64,000 nt of DNA from Myxococcota bacterium (GTDB lineage: Bacteria; Myxococcota_A; SURF-8): assembly GCA_965140415.1 (NCBI GenBank), contig OZ223209.1, forward strand, positions 2,368,001 through 2,432,000, read 5' to 3'. The notes beneath the pieces were generated by a model. The model made no database searches. It had not been told where the DNA came from and saw only the letters and a program-made list of their open reading frames with translations. Below, piece after piece: positions 59,053 to 64,000 of this stretch. The position numbers and the translations under genes are program-made. The stretch's first letter is position 1, and each line of letters begins with the position of its first letter.

Positions 59053-61356
59053 CTATCGTTTTAATTTCGCAAATGGATTGTTGCTGAAACCTTCCTGTTT
59101 GGCCTTCTGTTTTACCTGACGAGAGGATTTATTTCCAGAGCGTTTGGGAGAGGAATCGGAAGATGGAGCTCTGCGAGTTGGGGTTTCGGCATCTTGTTTA
59201 CGTGCTGTCAGTGAAATTCTTCGCAGAACGAGATCCACATCCAGAACGCGAACAGTTAAGCGCGATCCGGCACTGACGACATCGTGTGCGTCTTTTACGA
59301 AATGATCGGCAAGTTGAGAAATATGAACGAGTCCGTCCTGGTGAACGCCGATATCCACAAAGGCACCGAAGTTGGTTACATTCGTGACGACGCCTTCCAA
59401 CTCCATTCCGATCTGAAGATCTTCCAGGGTGTGGACATCTTCACGAAAGGCGGGCATTTCAAAGCTTTCGCGGGGATCGCGCCCGGGTTTTTTCAACTCG
59501 GTGATGATGTCTCGTAATGTCGGCTCGCCAACATCGCTGGTGACATAGTTGCGGATATCGATTTTATCCGCCAACTCCGGATGACCGACGAGGTCTTTCA
59601 GGGAAACATTAAGATCCTTCGCCATCTGTTCCACCAGCGCATACCGTTCAGGATGCACCGCAGATGCGTCCAGCGGATGTTCTCCACCACGGACGCGAAT
59701 AAAGCCTGCCGCCTGCTCAAAGGTCTTGGGACCGAGTCCGGCGACTTTCAACAGTTTTTTCCGACCTGGGAAAGGTCCGTTTTCTTCGCGGTATGACACT
59801 ACTCGGCTAGCGATGGAAGGACCGATGCCCGCTACACGTGCAAGAAGTGGTGCGCTGGCCGTATTCAATTCAACACCGACATGGTTGACGCAGGATTCAA
59901 CTACTTCATCCAGTTTCTGCTGCAACATGGGTTGATGCACATCATGTTGATATTGACCGACACCGATGGCTTTCGGGTCGATTTTTACCAATTCCGCTAA
60001 CGGATCTTGCAAACGACGCGCGATGGAAATCGCACCGCGAATCGACACATCCAGATCCGGAAATTCCTCGCGAGCGATGTCCGATGCACTATACACACTG
60101 GCACCACTTTCACTCACTGCCAAAACAGGGATGGAAGGCAGAGAATGGCTTTTGATGACCTCGCGGGCAAAACTTTCCGTTTCTCTTCCTGCCGTGCCGT
60201 TGCCAACCGCTACAATAGCCGGATTGAATTTCTGTAAAAAGGTTGCCAAATCATGAGCGGCGCGCTCGCTTCCCGAGCCGCCGTGCTGCGGGTAAATCGT
60301 TAAATGCCCAAGGAATTTTCCCGTTTGATCCACTGCCACGCACTTGCAGCCGGTGCGGATACCGGGATCGATGCCCACAACGGATTTTTCGCCGAGTGGC
60401 GAAGCGAGTAGTAAATCTCTGACGTTACTGGCAAATACTGAAATTGCACCATCGTCCGAGCGCAATTTCAATTCAACCCGAAGATCCGTTTCGATGCTGG
60501 GGTGAAGCAGGCGTTTGTAACTGTCTTCAACAGTCAGATGTAGTTGATCCGCAAACGGCGAACGATTGTCGATGGGCAGCAGCGAGTGAATCTGTCCGTG
60601 AATCCGTTCCGTATCGCCTTCGATTCTTGTTTTCAAAACGCCTTCCCGTTCTCCGCGACGGATGGCCAGAAAACGATGCGATGGAATGTTCGCGATCTCT
60701 TCGTGGTAATCGTGATACTGCTGGTATTTCGTGGGTTTATCCTTGAATTCGGGCAATGCTTCCGAATGCAGGATACCACTTTTAAAAAGTCCTTCACGTA
60801 CCATTTTGCGGACATCGGCATTTTCCGCAATGCGTTCGGCCAGGATATCGCGAGCTCCGGAAAGTGCGATATCTTCATCCGTAACGCCAAGTTCTTCGTT
60901 CAAATAGCTTGCGGCTTCGATCTGTGGTGAACCGGTGGAGGGCTGCTCCCAAATCATTTCCGCCAGGGGCTCAAGTCCTTTCTCGCGGGCGATGGTCGCT
61001 CGTGTACGCCGCTTCGGACGATAGGGCAGATAGAGATCTTCAAGCCCGGTTTTGGTCGTACAGGCAGTGATCTTGTTCTTCAATTCCTCAGTCAGTTTCC
61101 CCTGGTCCTCAATAGAGGTCAGAATGGTCTCCCTGCGGTTTTCCAGTTCCGTCAAGTAGGCGTGTCGCTGTTGGATGTCGCGAATTTGGACTTCGTCCAA
61201 TCCTCCGGTGGCTTCTTTGCGGTAGCGAGCGATAAAAGGAACGGTGTTGCCTTCGTTCAAAAGCGTGACGACGGCTTTTACTCCAATGGGAGGTAACTGT
61301 AATTCCTTTGATAAAGCCGGAATCGGATCGTAGCTAGCAGCCGCAGTAGTCGCCAT
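59053..61356 (-). CDS. tex: Tex family transcription accessory RNA-binding protein
   Basis: GNTVPFIARYRKEATG, IDPGIRTGCK, SGASVYSAS, IGVGQYQHDV, C-terminal S1 domain (FGAFVDIGVHQDGLVHISQL). Confidence 0.95.
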   Translation of the reverse strand: MATTAAASYDPIPALSKELQLPPIGVKAVVTLLNEGNTVPFIARYRKEATGGLDEVQIRDIQQRHAYLTELENRRETILTSIEDQGKLTEELKNKITACTTKTGLEDLYLPYRPKRRTRATIAREKGLEPLAEMIWEQPSTGSPQIEAASYLNEELGVTDEDIALSGARDILAERIAENADVRKMVREGLFKSGILHSEALPEFKDKPTKYQQYHDYHEEIANIPSHRFLAIRRGEREGVLKTRIEGDTERIHGQIHSLLPIDNRSPFADQLHLTVEDSYKRLLHPSIETDLRVELKLRSDDGAISVFASNVRDLLLASPLGEKSVVGIDPGIRTGCKCVAVDQTGKFLGHLTIYPQHGGSGSERAAHDLATFLQKFNPAIVAVGNGTAGRETESFAREVIKSHSLPSIPVLAVSESGASVYSASDIAREEFPDLDVSIRGAISIARRLQDPLAELVKIDPKAIGVGQYQHDVHQPMLQQKLDEVVESCVNHVGVELNTASAPLLARVAGIGPSIASRVVSYREENGPFPGRKKLLKVAGLGPKTFEQAAGFIRVRGGEHPLDASAVHPERYALVEQMAKDLNVSLKDLVGHPELADKIDIRNYVTSDVGEPTLRDIITELKKPGRDPRESFEMPAFREDVHTLEDLQIGMELEGVVTNVTNFGAFVDIGVHQDGLVHISQLADHFVKDAHDVVSAGSRLTVRVLDVDLVLRRISLTARKQDAETPTRRAPSSDSSPKRSGNKSSRQVKQKAKQEGFSNNPFAKLKR

Positions 61357-61826
61357 GAAAAACCCTCGTTTCTGTTTTGTGATGTATTGATAAAGCCACC
61401 TGTCAAGGCTGGTCGGCTTGTCTTTCGGCGGCATACTTTGCCATAGTTCGAGCGCAAAGGAAAGATTTTAGCTGTAATACCAGGATAAGAAGGTCGAAAT
61501 GCCAAAATGTGGCTTGAAACCGTGACTTGAAGTGATCGGATGCTCTCGTTAAATATTGTTGCCATTATGAGTGCGTGACTAGGTTTTGAAAATTTAATAA
61601 TCTGAACAGTTTATGTAATTTCTGATATTTGGTCTCATTTGGTTGTTAGATTTCTAAATACTGTTGAATTTGAAAAATATAGTTCAACTGGCTGAAATAA
61701 CGACAGAAAGCAATGGTAATGCCGGGTATTCGTTTAGAAAGTTAATTGAACCCACTAGCCGTTTGTCCTTTCCTGAAATCTACGTAACTCATTGAGGTAA
61801 CAACTTAAAAACATGTGCCGTGGTTT

Positions 61827-61842
61827 TGGCATAGAGAGTGCT
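61827..61842 (+). promoter_or_regulatory. Putative sigma54 (-24/-12) promoter
   Basis: TGGCATAGAGAGTGCT (GG-N10-GC), preceded by an AT-rich region and upstream of signalling/chemotaxis genes. Confidence 0.5.
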
Positions 61843-62125
61843 TATTGTTTGTGCCGTACTGTGCTTCGATCACAGCACTTCGAGCAGATCAATACAGGGG
61901 TCGTTTGAACGGGATAATCAAAGGTTGGAGTAATGATCAGATTCGTTTTTTAGAGAAACGATAACGGGCAATACAAAATGATCAGTCAAAATTTTCTTGA
62001 AACAGCAATGAAGACTCTGGGCATATCAAGAAACGATTGTTTGCAGTTGCTGCAAGTGTTTCGACCGGAAGAAACGGAGTCCTGGACGGAGAAGGATTGG
62101 GAGGATAATGGTTGGCAACTGACTA

Positions 62126-63043
62126 GAAGCCATCTCAAAAATGCCTGAGCAGTATAATAGCGCATCCTAACAGCAGAAATCCTTCATAATTGATTTCGTT
62201 ATACTCCCATCGAACCACGAGCCTGCGGAAGTTGTGCAGCCAGGCAAACAGTCTTTCCACCTTCCAACGGCGTACATAGCGGCGTAGCGCCCGACCATCC
62301 TGGGTTTTATCTTTCTTCCGGTTGCCCTTGTGCGGCGCAATCATTTCAATGCCACGTTCCTCAAGAAGTCTCTCATCCAGTGGATCGCTGTCATACGCCT
62401 TGTCTCCGATCAACCTCTCCGGCGAGCCTTCGGTTACAACAGCATCCAGCGTTTCTTCCACTAAGGTCACTTCGTGCGGCGAAGCGCTTGTTGTGCATAC
62501 GGCGACAGGAAGACCAGCGCTGTCAACGATCGCCATGATCTTACAGCCCTTTCCCCGCTTGGTTTTCCCGACTTTGAGCCCCCCTTTTTAGCGGAAGAAA
62601 AACTCCCGTCGATGAAGCACTCGGAGAGGTCGATTCCGCCGCGTTGCTCAAGGTCACGCGCAAGTTCCTGAAGAATCCTCTGCATGATACCGGCCTCGTT
62701 CCAATTTTGAAAGCGTCGATGCACTGTCTGATAAGGCGGATATCTGCGTGGAAGATCCTTCCAGGGAGCGCCGGTTCTCAGAACCCAAAGGATGCCGTTC
62801 ATGATGGCGCGGTCATCCTGTGCGGGTCTCCCGCGTTTTCCGGGTTGGCTTTTGTGAGGCGGCAGCAGCGGCTCGATCAGGCTCCATTGTTCGTTGGTCA
62901 GTTCCATCGAAAGCACCTGTAGATATTAAGTATATTATATACAGTATATCATAGTGGGGCAAAATTTCACTCAGACTACACTGGGAGACGAATAGTTCTG
63001 AAATATCAGATGTTTGGGATTATGCTATTTTTGAGATGGCTTC
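62126..63043 (-). mobile_element. IS5-family insertion sequence (IS427-like group), about 918 bp, TA target duplication
   Basis: Terminal inverted repeats GAAGCCATCTCAAAAAT / ATTTTTGAGATGGCTTC flanked by TA. Confidence 0.9.
62135..62907 (-). CDS. IS5-family transposase in two overlapping ORFs joined by a probable programmed frameshift
   Basis: [71 protein letters not shown] slippery run near 62579-62589. Confidence 0.88.
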
Positions 63044-63569
63044 TAAGATGATTGAAAAAATGATTGCAGAAGCCAAGGAAGCGCTTCCGATAAAACGTAT
63101 TCTTATTGCGGTTGAAGACCCCTCGGAGACACTGAGACTCAGCAAGCTTTTGCAACAATTGAAAGGTCATATCGCAATTGAAGCTGCTTTTCATATTAAC
63201 GAACGAATTTTGGATCTTATTTGTACGGCCCCCAATGTTCTGCTGATTGATGAAGCGACATATCGAAATCACAAACGAAATATCTCCTCCGCTGTCCATT
63301 GCGCTCAGAATGGAAGAATGATGAGAGTGCTGTTACTTGGCAGCAGTCAGGATCATTTGGCGGATACGATTTTCGACGATGTCATACATACTTTGAAAAC
63401 AACAGACAGCCAGATGATCGAGGTCATACGTCGGTATCTGGCGGAATCCGAGTTGGGAAGAAGTACAGGTTATTGATTGAAATGCATTTTTAGATGGTTC
63501 GATGTTCTGAGTGCTTGTTCGGTGTGGAATTGTGACATGCATGAAAAAAACCATGAAAGGGAGTGAGAA

Positions 63570-64000
63570 ATGTTTGCGAAATTGTCGTTGAAGGTGAAAT
63601 TAGTTGGCGTTTTCATCTTGATTGCAGCTGTTGGCATCGTGATCGGACTGACGGGGCTGCATGTGCACCGCACCTTGGCAGATGGGATGACGGAAGTCGC
63701 AGATGTACGTATGCCGGCAGTTAGTGCACTGCTTCAGATTCAAGAGGCTCAGACCGCCGTTCTTGCTGGAGAAAGGGCATTGTTAAGCAGGCGTATGTTT
63801 CTTGATGATGACGTACGCCGGGCAAATGAAAAGTTTATGGATAATGCGTTGAGCCGTGCAGAGCAGGCCTGGAAGAACTATGATATTTTACCTCAGACCT
63901 CGGAAGAATCGGAACTTAAAAGCCTATTAAGTTCACAATGGAATTTCTGGCGAACAGAGGATAAAGCCTTCAGGGATTTGGTTACGCAGAAAAAAAATAT
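63570..64000 (+). CDS. Methyl-accepting chemotaxis protein, N-terminal part (3'-truncated; TM + four-helix-bundle sensor)
   Basis: RBS AAAGGGAG; MFAKLSLKVKLVGVFILIAAVGIVIG...VRMPAVSALLQI...AWKNYDILPQTSEE; frame open to the window edge. Confidence 0.75.
   Translation, partial: MFAKLSLKVKLVGVFILIAAVGIVIGLTGLHVHRTLADGMTEVADVRMPAVSALLQIQEAQTAVLAGERALLSRRMFLDDDVRRANEKFMDNALSRAEQAWKNYDILPQTSEESELKSLLSSQWNFWRTEDKAFRDLVTQKKN

Larger units (their letters stand above)
61978..63476 (+). pseudogene. IS-interrupted gene with a receiver-like C-terminal domain
   Basis: Removing the IS and one TA joins MISQNF...GWQLT in frame to KMIEKMIAEAK...RILIAVED...PNVLLID. Confidence 0.75.

Noticed and set aside
61933-61977. 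In-frame TAG as pyrrolysine readthrough
   Set aside because: No pyl genes in the window; a nonsense mutation or a start at 61978 is simpler

Overview
Bacterial chromosomal window, most likely from a deltaproteobacterial-type (Myxococcota-like) anaerobe or facultative anaerobe; this is inferred from c-type multiheme cytochromes, radical 2-hydroxyacyl-CoA dehydratase systems, Cys-rich lipoproteins, an FHA protein and a TIGR02147-like protein. Contents in order: three tandem small tetraheme cytochrome genes, tRNA-Leu(UAA), a fused aspartate kinase/DAP decarboxylase, gcvH-gcvPA-gcvPB, SDR, ldh, MATE, a three-gene 2-hydroxyacyl-CoA dehydratase/benzoyl-CoA-reductase-like operon, a run of surface lipoproteins, a KamA-like radical SAM enzyme, a TetR-RND efflux operon, glyA, a TetR-controlled acyl-CoA/lipid-modifying cluster, a complete attenuated his operon with two unusual fusions, tex, an IS5-family element splitting a receiver-like gene, and the start of an MCP. 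The most notable observations are: (1) about nine unrelated exported proteins share an acidic 'xDGD' linker, in the eight complete genes right after the lipobox Cys, a candidate lineage-specific surface-display or tethering system; (2) compact tetraheme lipocytochromes on variable-length DGD stalks, with a likely gene-conversion tract; (3) two copies of an unannotated ~100-130 bp hairpin element 12 kb apart; (4) a TetR regulon with visible operators controlling a 1,400-aa activator-dehydratase fusion and a DHCR24-like flavoenzyme; (5) a probably leaderless His4 leader peptide plus HisC-HAD and HisA-I-E fusions. All calls come from reading the sequence; no database searches were run.
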